Assembly: GCA_045597145.1 (NCBI GenBank)
Contig: JAZODU010000060.1
Location: 9,562 to 73,561 of the forward strand
DNA: 64,000 nucleotides
Reading direction: 5' to 3'
From: Eubacteriales bacterium
GTDB lineage: Bacteria; Bacillota; Clostridia; Oscillospirales; CAG-272
The notes below the pieces were generated by a model. That model ran no database searches. It was given only the letters and a program-made list of their open reading frames with translations, and was not told the DNA's origin. Below, one piece after another: positions 37,612 through 47,798 of the stretch (its first letter is position 1; the number at the start of each line of letters is the position of its first letter). Made by a program: the position numbers and the translations under genes.

Positions 37612-38841
37612 TCAGTTGCGGAAGGATATATAATGCGCCTTTTGTGCCGAGCAGCACAGTGCCTCCCGCTCGCTCACGGCAAGCAGGGTGCGATCGGTCG
37701 TGTCGCACGCCTCAAAGGAAACGGTATCCGCGTCCACGTTGGCGCAAGCCACGCCGCGCTTGGTCATCCAGAACACCGAATCACCGCTGCGCGCCAGCTG
37801 AACGACCTCCTCGCCGACATCTTCATTATACACTATTTTTCCGTTTTTGTCAAACGCTATGACAATATTTTTTGCGGAAACCGTGCTTTTTTTGAGGGAC
37901 ACACAAACGCCGTCCTCCCCGATGTCATACGACACGGGGATACGTCCGTCAAAATCGTATTTTTCACGCACCTCGCCGCGATTCGTGACGTATCGCACGC
38001 CACCGTCGCACAACACCGCGATCCGCCCCGATGCCGTAAAGGCGCAGGCAAGCCCTGTCAAGCCGTCAAAGCTTGCACGTGCGCGTGCTTCGCTCTCCCC
38101 CGGCTTTACCAGCATCAGCTCCGTCGAAAGAAGCCCTTCGTCGGGAAGCACCGTCAAAACAGCCAGCAGTTCCCCCGTGGGATCGATCGCCATATCGGTG
38201 ACGTATCCGCTTTTTCCGTAGCGTCCCAAAAGCTTGAAGCGCTCGCTGTAAAGCGAGACGACCGTGGTGGAATCCTTCCCGAAGGCACTCAAGGCATACA
38301 TCCCCGACTCGGACACGGCAGCACCGCTGATCGGATAGTCACTCTTTCCCGAATGGATCTTCGTATAGGAGTTATAGAGCGAATACTGCAAGCCGCCCAT
38401 TTCGTAAACGAGCAGATATTTTCCCGTGCCGACGGCGACGGGGTTGCGGTAATTGACCGATTCACTGACGATCTGCCGACCCGTTGCCGAAAAAACCGTG
38501 ACCGACGTATTCCCCGCAACCGCCAAGCCCTTGCGGTAGACCGTAAAGCTCTGCTCGTCCGCCACAGGATACGAGAGCGAATCGGTGCTGAAGATATCCA
38601 CCGTTTCGGCGGATGCGTTCAGATCCTGAAAGAACAGATAAAAATTGCGGTAGGTGATCAGCTCCGTGTTAAAAAGCAAGGAGAGCACAACGAAGGCAAG
38701 GAGAGAGAGATACAGGATCACCTGCACCGTACCCATACGCACGGACACGTTTTCATAGTATTCGTTGCGCGGCTTGTCCGATACCGACACAGCCTTCTTT
38801 TTTCCCCGCCTTGCTTGCAGACATGCGCGGATAGGGTTCAT
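37612..38841 (-). CDS. hypothetical membrane-anchored protein (single N-terminal TM, repetitive beta-rich ectodomain)
   Basis: 409-aa ORF with TM VQVILYLSLLAFVVLSLLF. No motif that I can name. Confidence 0.6.
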   Translation of the reverse strand: MNPIRACLQARRGKKKAVSVSDKPRNEYYENVSVRMGTVQVILYLSLLAFVVLSLLFNTELITYRNFYLFFQDLNASAETVDIFSTDSLSYPVADEQSFTVYRKGLAVAGNTSVTVFSATGRQIVSESVNYRNPVAVGTGKYLLVYEMGGLQYSLYNSYTKIHSGKSDYPISGAAVSESGMYALSAFGKDSTTVVSLYSERFKLLGRYGKSGYVTDMAIDPTGELLAVLTVLPDEGLLSTELMLVKPGESEARARASFDGLTGLACAFTASGRIAVLCDGGVRYVTNRGEVREKYDFDGRIPVSYDIGEDGVCVSLKKSTVSAKNIVIAFDKNGKIVYNEDVGEEVVQLARSGDSVFWMTKRGVACANVDADTVSFEACDTTDRTLLAVSEREALCCSAQKAHYISFRN

Positions 38842-38865
38842 GCTCTTCTCCTTTCCGTAAGAATA

Positions 38866-39648
38866 TTATTTGTCGAACGTCACGCTTTCATAACACACAC
38901 GGTTGAGATACAGCCCGCACGCGGGCATGGTCATGCCTGCGTTGGCACGGTCGCGTGACGCGGTGACATGCCCGATATCCTCGGGCGAAAGCCTTCCCAG
39001 TCCCACGTCCAACAGCGTCCCCGCAAGGATCCTGACCATATTGTAAAGAAATCCGTCCGCCGCAACGCGGAAGATAAGAAGATCTCCCTGCCGCACGACC
39101 TCCGCCGCCGTGACCGTGCGGACGGTGCTTGCCACGCAGGAGCCCTGCGCCATATAGGCGCAAAAATCCTGTCTGCCGACCAGTGCCTGCGCCGCTTGAT
39201 TCATGCGCGCCACACCCGTCTCGTCGATCACACGCGGCACGTGCGCCGCGCGCCCCTCCTCGAAGGGATTGCGCACGGGAGCGTTGTAGATGCGATAGAT
39301 ATATTCCTTTTCCTTAACGTCGTACCGCGCGTGAAAATCCGCGGGCACCCACAAGGCATCAAACACGCTGATATCCTCGGGCAAATGCGCCGACATTGCC
39401 AGCGGGATCTTGGAAAGCGGCACCGTCGTTTCAAGCGTATCCGTGCCCTTTTTTGACACCGTTGCGCAAAAAGCGTTGGCGTGAACGCCGCTATCGGTGC
39501 GGCTACAGCCCACGACGTCACAGTCAAAGCCAAAGAGGGCGCGTGCCGCTTCGTTGAGCTTTTGTTGGATACTGACGGCGTTGGGCTGCACCTGATAGCC
39601 GCAGTAATGCGTTCCGATATATCGGATTCTTAATAACAGCTTCATCAT
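38866..39648 (-). CDS. truA: tRNA pseudouridine(38-40) synthase
   Basis: YIGTHYCGYQVQP...GCSRTDSGVHA (catalytic Asp), with ecfT-truA synteny. Confidence 0.95.
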   Translation of the reverse strand: MMKLLLRIRYIGTHYCGYQVQPNAVSIQQKLNEAARALFGFDCDVVGCSRTDSGVHANAFCATVSKKGTDTLETTVPLSKIPLAMSAHLPEDISVFDALWVPADFHARYDVKEKEYIYRIYNAPVRNPFEEGRAAHVPRVIDETGVARMNQAAQALVGRQDFCAYMAQGSCVASTVRTVTAAEVVRQGDLLIFRVAADGFLYNMVRILAGTLLDVGLGRLSPEDIGHVTASRDRANAGMTMPACGLYLNRVCYESVTFDK

Positions 39649-39649
39649 A

Positions 39650-40471
39650 TCACTTCATCACGTAAACAAGATCCACGCGGTTGAGGAAGAACAGACCGAC
39701 ACCAAGTCCGATCATCACGATCAGCGCGATCACATCCCACACGCGGCACTTCAGCACGTTCAATCGCGTGCGCCCCTCGCCGCCGTGGTAGCAACGGCAT
39801 TCCATGGCGTTGGCAAGCTCCAGCGCGCGGTTGATCGCGGAAACAAACAAGGGGATCAGGATCGGGATCAGTGCCTTTGCACGCTTGACAAGGCTTCCGC
39901 TCGTAAAGTCGGCTCCCCTCGCCTTTTGCGCGTTCATGATCTTCTCGGTTTCCTCGGTCAGAGTCGGAATAAAGCGCAGCGTGATGGACATCATCATCGC
40001 AAACACGTGCACGGGAATATGCAGCTTTTTCAAGGGAGAAAGCAGAGCCTCCAGCGCGTCAGTCAGATCCATCGGTGTGGTCGTATAGGTCAGAAAAAGT
40101 CCCGTTCCCGTGATCAGCGAAAAGATGCGCAGGAACATAAAGAGCGCGTTCCAGAGTCCCTCGGCGTAGATCGTGATAAATCTCCACTCAAAAACCACGA
40201 CCTCCCCCTTACTCCAGAAAATGTTGATGACAAAGGTGAACGCGATGATAAAGAGCAACGGGCGCAGAGAGCGCAGAATGACACCGAGCGGAATACGGCT
40301 GACAAGGATCAGAAAAATAACCGAAAACGTCAGCACCGCAAAGCTGACAAGGCTACGGCACAAAAAGGTGCAAACGATATAAGCCACCGCCAGAAGCACC
40401 TTGAAGCGCGGATCCATGCGGTGCAAAAAGGAGCTTGCGGGATAGTACTGTCCAAAGGAAAAGCCTTTCAT
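39650..40471 (-). CDS. ecfT: energy-coupling factor transporter transmembrane component
   Basis: 273 aa, starting FGQYYPASSFLHRMDPRFK. Contains the conserved ARGAD coupling motif (KARGADF). Confidence 0.9.
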   Translation of the reverse strand: MKGFSFGQYYPASSFLHRMDPRFKVLLAVAYIVCTFLCRSLVSFAVLTFSVIFLILVSRIPLGVILRSLRPLLFIIAFTFVINIFWSKGEVVVFEWRFITIYAEGLWNALFMFLRIFSLITGTGLFLTYTTTPMDLTDALEALLSPLKKLHIPVHVFAMMMSITLRFIPTLTEETEKIMNAQKARGADFTSGSLVKRAKALIPILIPLFVSAINRALELANAMECRCYHGGEGRTRLNVLKCRVWDVIALIVMIGLGVGLFFLNRVDLVYVMK

Positions 40472-41418
40472 TGCGCACCTCCCTCAAAGAGCTGCCGCAC
40501 GGCGGCAAGCGCCTCGTCCACGGTATACACGTTTTGCGGCACGGGAATGCCGCGTGCGCGCAAAAGCCCCATCAGCCGCGTGATCTGCGGAATATCCAGC
40601 CCCGTTTCGGAAAGCTCCTCCACGTGTGCAAAGACCTCCTCACGCGAGCCGTGACGAAGCACCCGTGCGCCTGCCATGACGACGACATCGTCGGAATATT
40701 TCGCCATGTCCTCCATGCTGTGGCTGACGATCAGCACCGTAGAGCCAGTCTTTTTCCGATATTCGCGGATCCCATTGAAAATGTGCGTTCTTCCCAACGG
40801 GTCAAGCCCTGCTGCGGGCTCGTCAAGCACCAGCACCTCGGGGCGCATGGCGATCACGCCCGCAAGCGCGACGCGCCGCTTCTGTCCGCCCGAGAGGTCG
40901 AAGGGGGACTTGTCCAAAAGCTCCTCGGGGATATCGGTAAACGCCGCCGCCTCAAGCACGCGCTCGCGGATCTCCGCATCGGTTAGCCCCATGTTGCGAG
41001 GGCCGAACGCGATATCGCGCTCCACGGTCTCCTCAAAGAGCTGATATTCGGGATATTGCATCACAAGACCGACGCGGAAGCAAAGCTGCGCGCGTCTTTT
41101 CTTGATCTCGCATGCGATCGCCTTTTTGGCGGCACGCTTTGACATTTTTTCGTATTCGGGCAACCTGTGCCACTCCTCAAGCAGATCGGACAGATCTGCG
41201 TTGATGTCGTAGCCGTCCAGCAGAACACGTCCGTGCGTGGGCTTGGCAAGACCGTTGAGCAGCTGCATCATGGTGGATTTTCCCGAGCCCGTATGCCCGA
41301 TGATCCCCGTAATACAGCCGCCGCGGATCCCAAGAGTTACGTCGTTGAGCGCCCTTTGCTCAAACGGCGTTCCCTTGCCGTATATATAACTGACATGATC
41401 CAAATAAATCTTATCCAT
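40468..41418 (-). CDS. ecfA2: ECF transporter ATPase EcfA2
   Basis: Start at MDKIYLDHVSY (41418). Walker A GHTGSGKST, signature LSGGQKRRVA, Walker B VLVLDEP. Confidence 0.9.
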   Translation of the reverse strand: MDKIYLDHVSYIYGKGTPFEQRALNDVTLGIRGGCITGIIGHTGSGKSTMMQLLNGLAKPTHGRVLLDGYDINADLSDLLEEWHRLPEYEKMSKRAAKKAIACEIKKRRAQLCFRVGLVMQYPEYQLFEETVERDIAFGPRNMGLTDAEIRERVLEAAAFTDIPEELLDKSPFDLSGGQKRRVALAGVIAMRPEVLVLDEPAAGLDPLGRTHIFNGIREYRKKTGSTVLIVSHSMEDMAKYSDDVVVMAGARVLRHGSREEVFAHVEELSETGLDIPQITRLMGLLRARGIPVPQNVYTVDEALAAVRQLFEGGAQ

Positions 41419-42313
41419 TGGTTTCCTCTTGCGTTTTTGAGCGTTTGGCGTAAGCACGCGCGATCAGATCGGCGCACGCCTCTGTCTGCGAGATGGCTTC
41501 TCCGTCCACGTCGAGCCCCAAAAGGCGCATACGGTGGATCAGCTCCGCGCATTGCGGAACCTCAAGTCCGACCTCTTGCAGCTCGTTCCGACGCGCAAAG
41601 ATCTCGTCGGGCGTGCCGTCCATCAGCAGCTCTCCGTCGTTGATCACGATGATGCGGTCTGCCTCCGCCGCCTCGTTCATATAGTGCGTGATATTGAGCA
41701 CGGTCATGCCGTATTCGCGGTTGAGCAGGCGGATCGTGTCCAGCACCTCGCGCCTGCCGCCGGGATCGAGCATGGCGGTGGATTCGTCGAAGATCACGCA
41801 TTTGGGCATCATGGCAAGCACGCCCGCGATGGCAACGCGCTGCTTCTGTCCGCCCGAGAGCCTGTGCGGCTCGTGATGTGCGTAATCGGTCATACCGACC
41901 GTTTTCAAGGCGTCGTCCACGCGGCGGCGCAGCTCTGTGCGTTCCACGCCGAGATTCTCGGGACCGAACGCCACGTCCTGCTCGACGACGGTGGCAACCA
42001 GCTGATTGTCGGGATTCTGGAACACCATTCCCACGTTTTTGCGCAACTCGAGCACCTGCTCGTCGGAAAGCTCGCTTGAGGTCAGGTCAATGCCGCCGAC
42101 CGTCAACTGCCCCGACGTTGGCTCAAGGATCAGATTGAGGAGCTTGGCAAAGGTGGATTTTCCGGAGCCGTTGTGCCCCAGCACCGCCACGTATTCGCCC
42201 TCGTAAATATCGACCGAGAAATTTTGCAGAGCGGGCTGTGTCTCCCTGCCGTTTCCCTCCTTATAGGCAAAGCAAAGATCCTTTGCGCTGATATACAGGT
42301 TTGCCAAATTCAT
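41411..42313 (-). CDS. ecfA1: ECF transporter ATPase EcfA1
   Basis: Walker A GHNGSGKST, signature LSGGQKQRVA, Walker B CVIFDEST. Confidence 0.9.
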   Translation of the reverse strand: MNLANLYISAKDLCFAYKEGNGRETQPALQNFSVDIYEGEYVAVLGHNGSGKSTFAKLLNLILEPTSGQLTVGGIDLTSSELSDEQVLELRKNVGMVFQNPDNQLVATVVEQDVAFGPENLGVERTELRRRVDDALKTVGMTDYAHHEPHRLSGGQKQRVAIAGVLAMMPKCVIFDESTAMLDPGGRREVLDTIRLLNREYGMTVLNITHYMNEAAEADRIIVINDGELLMDGTPDEIFARRNELQEVGLEVPQCAELIHRMRLLGLDVDGEAISQTEACADLIARAYAKRSKTQEETNG

Positions 42314-43188
42314 TCATCCTTTCCGTTTTCGATAAACCAACGGGAGCTGGCACCGCACGGCAAAAACGCACCCGTTTGCGACACACGCAGACCAAGCTCG
42401 CCCGATTCGATCACGCCGCCGTAGCGCGCGCGCACCTTCAGATCCAACAGATAGCTCATCGTCAGGGGAGAGAGCCCCGTCGTGTAGGAATTGACGAGGA
42501 AGAAAAGCGGCTTGTCGGAGAGGAGCTTTGCCGTCAGCGTGATCAATTCGTCGATGCTGTCCTCCAGCTTCCAGACCTCGCCGCCGGGGCCTCTGCCGTA
42601 GGAGGGCGGGTCCATGATGATGCCGTCGTAGGTGTTCCCTCGGCGGATCTCACGCTCGACGAACTTTTTACAGTCGTCCACGATATAGCGGATCGGCGCA
42701 TCGGCAAGTCCCGAGAGCGCGGCGTTTTCCTTTGCCTGTGCCACGATCCCCTTGGAAGCGTCCACGTGAACGACCGCCGCGCCCGCCTTTGCCGCCGCAA
42801 CGGTTGCACCGCCCGTATAAGCAAAGAGGTTGAGCACCTTGATCGGGCGTCTCGCGTCGCGGATCAGACCCGAAAACCAATCCCAGTTTGCCGCCTGCTC
42901 GGGAAAAAGTCCCGTGTGCTTAAAGCCCATGGGACGCAGGACGAAGCCGAGATCGCCGTATTTGATGTTCCATGATTGCGGCAGGTTATTTTTGACCCAC
43001 GCGCCGCCGCCCGATGAGGAGCGACGGTAGATACCGTCGGCACGCTTCCATGCGGGGTGGCGTGCGACGCCCTTCCAGATGATCTGGGGGTCGGGACGGA
43101 TCAAAATATAATCTCCCCATCTCTCCAGACGCTCGCCGTCCGACGTGTCCAGCAATTCATAGTCCTTCCAATTTTGCGAAAACCACAT
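42310..43188 (-). CDS. class I SAM-dependent methyltransferase (RlmI/PF10672-like, no PUA domain)
   Basis: Start at MWFSQNWKDYELLD (43188). LNLFAYTGGATVAAAKAGA (motif I) and IIMDPPSYG (motif IV). The upstream 125-aa extension is Arg/Gly-rich junk. Confidence 0.8.
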   Translation of the reverse strand: MWFSQNWKDYELLDTSDGERLERWGDYILIRPDPQIIWKGVARHPAWKRADGIYRRSSSGGGAWVKNNLPQSWNIKYGDLGFVLRPMGFKHTGLFPEQAANWDWFSGLIRDARRPIKVLNLFAYTGGATVAAAKAGAAVVHVDASKGIVAQAKENAALSGLADAPIRYIVDDCKKFVEREIRRGNTYDGIIMDPPSYGRGPGGEVWKLEDSIDELITLTAKLLSDKPLFFLVNSYTTGLSPLTMSYLLDLKVRARYGGVIESGELGLRVSQTGAFLPCGASSRWFIENGKDE

Positions 43189-43217
43189 TGTTGTATCTTC
43201 CTTTGCAAAAGCGTATT

Positions 43218-43718
43218 TTACGGTTTGTTGTAATAGCTTGCCAGACGTGACGCGCCGCTGTGCGCGTGGCAGATGGCAATGGCAAGTGCGTCTGCCGTAT
43301 CGTCGGGCTTGGGCGGCGATTTCAGCCCCAGGAGCATGGTCACCATGGAAATGACCTGCTTCTTTTCGGCTCTGCCGTATCCCACGACCGCCTGCTTGAC
43401 CTGCGGCGGCGTATATTCCTGAATGGTAAGCCCCGCCTGCTCGGCGGCAAGCAGGATCACACCCCTCGCCTCCGCCACGCGGATACCCGTGGTGATGTTG
43501 TTGGTAAAGAACAGCTCCTCGACCGCGACCGCTTCCGGGTGATAGGTGCTGATCAGGTCGCACATACCGTCATAGATCGCCTTGAGCCGCTCCTCGGTCC
43601 GTATGCCCGCAGGGGTCTGGAGCGATCCGTAAGCGATCGTATGAAAGCGTGCGTTTTTGTATTCGATAACGCCCCAGCCGACGATCGCCAATCCGGGGTC
43701 AATGCCAAGAATGATCAC
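43218..43718 (-). CDS. ruvC: crossover junction endodeoxyribonuclease RuvC
   Basis: (V)IILGIDPGLAIVGWG matches the canonical RuvC N-terminus. GTG at 43718 has AAGGGAG upstream; the track ORF starts at 43742. Confidence 0.9.
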   Translation of the reverse strand: MIILGIDPGLAIVGWGVIEYKNARFHTIAYGSLQTPAGIRTEERLKAIYDGMCDLISTYHPEAVAVEELFFTNNITTGIRVAEARGVILLAAEQAGLTIQEYTPPQVKQAVVGYGRAEKKQVISMVTMLLGLKSPPKPDDTADALAIAICHAHSGASRLASYYNKP

Positions 43719-43836
43719 AGTGCCGCTCCCTTTCCATAACATAATTATCCAAGATAATTATACCACTCTTTTTCCTATAAGTCAAATATTTATTTTGAAT
43801 TTTTGTGAAATTCTGTTCAAAAATCCGTTTTTTCGG

Positions 43837-43865
43837 TTTACAGCCGTGATTTTTTATGTTATAAT
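43837..43865 (+). promoter_or_regulatory. sigma-A type promoter for DUF951-yfhO-ruvAB
   Basis: TTTACA (43837-43842), a 17-nt spacer, then TATAAT (43860-43865). Confidence 0.55.
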
Positions 43866-43905
43866 AAGATTTATAAAGTACTATTTACTCGAAAAGGAGG
43901 CACGC

Positions 43906-44124
43906 ATGCCGATTATTCCTCTTCACGTCGGGGATCGCGTACAGCTGAAAAAGCCGCATCCCTGCGGCGGTAAGGTGTTCAAACTCCTGCGCATTGGCGG
44001 CGAGGTTCGCGTCGTGTGCGAATCCTGCGGACGCGATATGACGATCGACCGCATCAAGCTGGAAAAGGCGATCAAGCAGATCCTCCCCGATCCCGAAAAA
44101 AAAGGAGAGCCGCAAAATGGATAA
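43906..44124 (+). CDS. DUF951 family protein
   Basis: 72 aa, VGDRVQLKKPHPCGGKVFKLLRIGGEVRVVCESCGRDMTIDR, the DUF951 signature. RBS AAAGGAGG. Confidence 0.85.
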   Translation: MPIIPLHVGDRVQLKKPHPCGGKVFKLLRIGGEVRVVCESCGRDMTIDRIKLEKAIKQILPDPEKKGEPQNG

Positions 44125-47098
44125 CACGTCCCTCTCTCCCCAGGCATCGCCAAAGCAGACCAAGCGCGCGCGCATTGCCGACTTTTTGCGCACGGCGTGG
44201 CAACGATACTGGCATATCCTGATCGGCGCACTCGCGCCCGCGCTCATCGTTTATCTGATCTACCTTGTGCGCGGCGAGCACCCCTTTGGCGACGGCTGCG
44301 TGCTGGTGCTGGATCTCAACGGACAGTACGTCTATTTCTTTGAGGCGTTGCGCCGTGCGGTATGGGGCGACGGTGAGCTTCTCTACTCCTTCTCTCGCGC
44401 GCTCGGCGGCGAATTTCTCGGCATTTACGCCTATTATCTCGCAAGCCCCTTCTCCTATATCGTCTGCCTCTTCCCCGAGTCGCGGATGCTGGAGGCTCTG
44501 CTCTTTATTTTCCTGCTCAAAACCGCGATCTGCGGCGGCACGTTCGGCTATTACATGCACAAAATCGCGAAAGAGCCGAACCGCTTTGCCATCATTCTCT
44601 TCTCCGCGTGCTACGCACTCTCCGCATACGCGCTGGTACAGCAGCACAACACCATGTGGATCGATGCCGTGATGTGGCTGCCGCTTGTGACGCTGGGAAT
44701 CGAATCGCTGATCAAATACGGAAAATTCAAGATGTACGTGATCTTCCTCTCCCTCTCGGTCATCAGCAACTTCTATATCGGCTACATGGTCTGTCTGTGG
44801 TGCTTGATCTACTTTTTCGTGTACTATATCGCACACGCAGAGGATCACCGCAACAATCCGTTTTATGAAAAGCTGCATTTTTTGCGCTCGCTGTTGCGCA
44901 TGGCACTCTACTCCCTTTTGGCAGTCGGTATCGCCGCGCTCCTGATCTTTGGCGCGTACTACTCGCTCAACTTCGGCAAGACCACCTTCTCGGATCCCGA
45001 TTGGACGCTCAAGACGAATTTCGACCTTCTGGATTTCTTCTACAAGCTCTTGCCGGGCTCCTATGACACCGTGCGCCCCGAGGGGCTTCCCTTCGTTTAC
45101 TGCGGTATGCTGACGCTGCTGCTCGTTCCCGCGTATTTTCTCTCCAAAAAGTACTCCATGCGCGAAAAGATCCTGTCGGGTGCGCTTCTTCTCATTCTGT
45201 ACCTGACCTGTGCGATCAACATCACCGACCTGATCTGGCACGGCTTCCAAGCCCCCAACTGGCTCAATTACCGCTACAGCTTTATGATCTGCTTCGTCCT
45301 CTGCGTGCTTGCCTGCCGCGCCTTCTCGGATTTCGAGGGGCTCTCGCTCAAGGCGACCATGTGCACGGGCGGGCTGATCGCGGTGCTGTGCGTAGTACTG
45401 CAAAAATACACGAACGGCGAATACGTGGATCCCAAGGATTTTACCTGTATTTATTTCTCCCTGCTTCTCATTTTCGTCTATCTTGCCGTGCTGGTAATCT
45501 TTAAAAGGGGCATCAAGCCGAAGGTCGGGCGCGCCGCGCTTTCGACCGTTCTCGCACTTGAGCTCTTTCTCAACGGCGTGCTCTGCATCTGCGCCCTGGA
45601 CATGGACGTGGGATACTCGCGTTACAGCTATCACAACAATTTTCTCAAGAGCACGCGACCGCTCGTCGAGCGCGTCAAGGAGAGCGACGATTCCTTTTAC
45701 CGTATGGAAAAAACCATGTTCCGCAAGGTCAACGATAACATGGCGTTGGGGCTCCGCGGGCTTTCGGGCTCAACCTCCACGCTGAACAAGGAGACCATTC
45801 AGCTGCTCAGCAAAATGGGCTACGCGTCGCAATCGCATCTGTCGAAATACGTGGGCGGCAATCCCGTCAACGATTCGCTTCTGGGGCTGAAATATATCAT
45901 TTCGGACAATCCCGTATATGCCGAATATTACGACGTTTACATGCGCGACAGCGCAACAGGCTACGTCGTTTACAAAAACCCCTACGCCCTCTCGATCGCT
46001 TACGGCGTTTCGGTGGACGTGCTGGACTTCCCGCTCGGCTTCCTGCCCCTTGACGAGGCAAAGAAAGAAGAGGATGACGCCGCGGACACGGAGAGTGACG
46101 AGCTTGAGATCAAGCTGGACGGCATTTCCTCCATTGTGGATTCCCTCAAGGCCACGCTCAACAAGCTCTTCGGCATTGAGGAATCCAACGGCGAGGTCTA
46201 CGCGGACGCTTACGACAGCCCGTTTGAGCGTCTCAACGCGATGCTCACCGCAATGCTTGGCGAGGACGCACCCGTTCGCGTATTCCTCCCCATCAAGGAT
46301 TACGAGGTCAGCACCTCGGGCGTACAAAAGGGCTATTACGAGGGCGCGGAGCACGGCTACGTTTGCACCTCGAGCTTTGAAGGCACCGTGACCTATACCG
46401 TAACGGTCACGCAGACGGGCGAGGTTTATTTCAACCAGCCCACCGATTACCCGCAGGAGGTTTCGTTGGCGCTGTCGGTCAACGGCGGCGAATATCGGGA
46501 GCTCGGCATGCTCAACGGGCTTGAAACGACCTGCATCATGTCGCTCGGTCACCACAACGCAGGAGACACGCTGAACGTGCGACTCACGCTGACGAACGAC
46601 AACCGCGCGATCTATATCAAGACCAACGAGCATTATTTCTACTATATCGATTGGAGCGTCCTTGAAAATGCGATGTCGCGTCTTGCGGCGCATCAGTTCA
46701 AGGTGACCGACTACACCGAGCACTCCTTTAAGGGCACGTACACCTCTGCCAACGCGAAGGATCTCGTCATGACGACGATCCCCTACGACAGCGGCTGGAA
46801 GATTTACGTGGACGGCGAACGCGTGGAGCTCGAAAAGGCGTTTGGCGGCTTGATCGCATTCTACGTGGACGGCAAGGCGGGTCAAGCGCACGAGATCACA
46901 ATGGTATACGATCCCCCCATGATCAAGATCGGGCTGTTCATCTCCATCTTCTCGCTCCTCCTCTTGATCGCGCTGATCGTGATCGACCGATATCGCCCTT
47001 TGGGCTGTCGTTCCACGGTCAACGCCCCTATCCCCGTAACGGAAGAGACGCCGACGGAGGATCCCGAGACTGAAGAAGAAAAAAGCGACGGCGATTGA
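44117..47098 (+). CDS. yfhO: YfhO family polytopic membrane protein (putative glycosyltransferase)
   Basis: 993 aa. The N-terminal PFGDGCVLVLDLNGQYVYFFEAL matches the YfhO D..QY..F motif. There are 12 or more TM segments and a large C-terminal extracytoplasmic domain. Confidence 0.85.
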   Translation: MDNTSLSPQASPKQTKRARIADFLRTAWQRYWHILIGALAPALIVYLIYLVRGEHPFGDGCVLVLDLNGQYVYFFEALRRAVWGDGELLYSFSRALGGEFLGIYAYYLASPFSYIVCLFPESRMLEALLFIFLLKTAICGGTFGYYMHKIAKEPNRFAIILFSACYALSAYALVQQHNTMWIDAVMWLPLVTLGIESLIKYGKFKMYVIFLSLSVISNFYIGYMVCLWCLIYFFVYYIAHAEDHRNNPFYEKLHFLRSLLRMALYSLLAVGIAALLIFGAYYSLNFGKTTFSDPDWTLKTNFDLLDFFYKLLPGSYDTVRPEGLPFVYCGMLTLLLVPAYFLSKKYSMREKILSGALLLILYLTCAINITDLIWHGFQAPNWLNYRYSFMICFVLCVLACRAFSDFEGLSLKATMCTGGLIAVLCVVLQKYTNGEYVDPKDFTCIYFSLLLIFVYLAVLVIFKRGIKPKVGRAALSTVLALELFLNGVLCICALDMDVGYSRYSYHNNFLKSTRPLVERVKESDDSFYRMEKTMFRKVNDNMALGLRGLSGSTSTLNKETIQLLSKMGYASQSHLSKYVGGNPVNDSLLGLKYIISDNPVYAEYYDVYMRDSATGYVVYKNPYALSIAYGVSVDVLDFPLGFLPLDEAKKEEDDAADTESDELEIKLDGISSIVDSLKATLNKLFGIEESNGEVYADAYDSPFERLNAMLTAMLGEDAPVRVFLPIKDYEVSTSGVQKGYYEGAEHGYVCTSSFEGTVTYTVTVTQTGEVYFNQPTDYPQEVSLALSVNGGEYRELGMLNGLETTCIMSLGHHNAGDTLNVRLTLTNDNRAIYIKTNEHYFYYIDWSVLENAMSRLAAHQFKVTDYTEHSFKGTYTSANAKDLVMTTIPYDSGWKIYVDGERVELEKAFGGLIAFYVDGKAGQAHEITMVYDPPMIKIGLFISIFSLLLLIALIVIDRYRPLGCRSTVNAPIPVTEETPTEDPETEEEKSDGD

Positions 47099-47148
47099 AA
47101 ACACGCCTTCGCCAACAAGACAATACCGAAAACAGAAAGGATTCACCT

Positions 47149-47778
47149 ATGTTTCATTATATCAGCGGAACGCTTGCGCATCTGGAAGCCGGTATGGCGG
47201 TCGTAGACGTTGGCGGCGTGGGCTACAAGCTCACTATCAGCGGCACGACCTACGAGGCCATGCCCCCCAACCGCTCGGTCAAAACGCCTCCCACGGTCAA
47301 GCTTTACACGCACATGGCAGTGCGCGAGGACGATATCGAGCTGTTCGGCTTTGCAACCGAATCCGAGCTTGCCACCTTCAAGCTGCTCATCACGGTGTCG
47401 GGCATTGGCCCCAAGGCGGCAATGTCGATTCTCTCGCTCCTCACGCCCGAAAAATTTGCGCTCGCCGTTTGTACAGACGACAAAAAGACCATTGCCAAGG
47501 CGAACGGCATCGGCCCCAAGACCGCCGCGCGCGTGATTTTGGAGCTGAAGGACAAGCTGATGAAGGAGCACGCGGGCGAGAATTTCGCGGCATCTCCCCT
47601 TGCCGCCGCTCCCATAACCGTCGCGGGTTCGGGAAAGCTGCACGAGGCAACCGACGCGCTCATGGTGTTGGGTTACTCCCGTGCCGAGGCACAGGCGGCA
47701 CTCAAGGACATGGATATTGCCTCCATAGAGCTGGAAGAAATCATTCGCCTCTCTCTTAAAAAGATCGCAAAATTTTAA
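47149..47778 (+). CDS. ruvA: Holliday junction branch migration complex subunit RuvA
   Basis: Start at MFHYISGTLAHLEAGMAVVDVGGVGYKL (47149), with HhH motifs VSGIGPKAA and ANGIGPKTA. Confidence 0.95.
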   Translation: MFHYISGTLAHLEAGMAVVDVGGVGYKLTISGTTYEAMPPNRSVKTPPTVKLYTHMAVREDDIELFGFATESELATFKLLITVSGIGPKAAMSILSLLTPEKFALAVCTDDKKTIAKANGIGPKTAARVILELKDKLMKEHAGENFAASPLAAAPITVAGSGKLHEATDALMVLGYSRAEAQAALKDMDIASIELEEIIRLSLKKIAKF

Positions 47779-47798
47779 GGCGGCAGAAAGGATTTTGA

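Noticed and set aside
42310-43563. 417-aa version of the methyltransferase ORF overlapping ruvC
   Set aside because: The first 125 residues are a Gly/Arg/His-rich shadow of ruvC. The family-typical N-terminus MWFSQNWKDYELLD starts at 43188.
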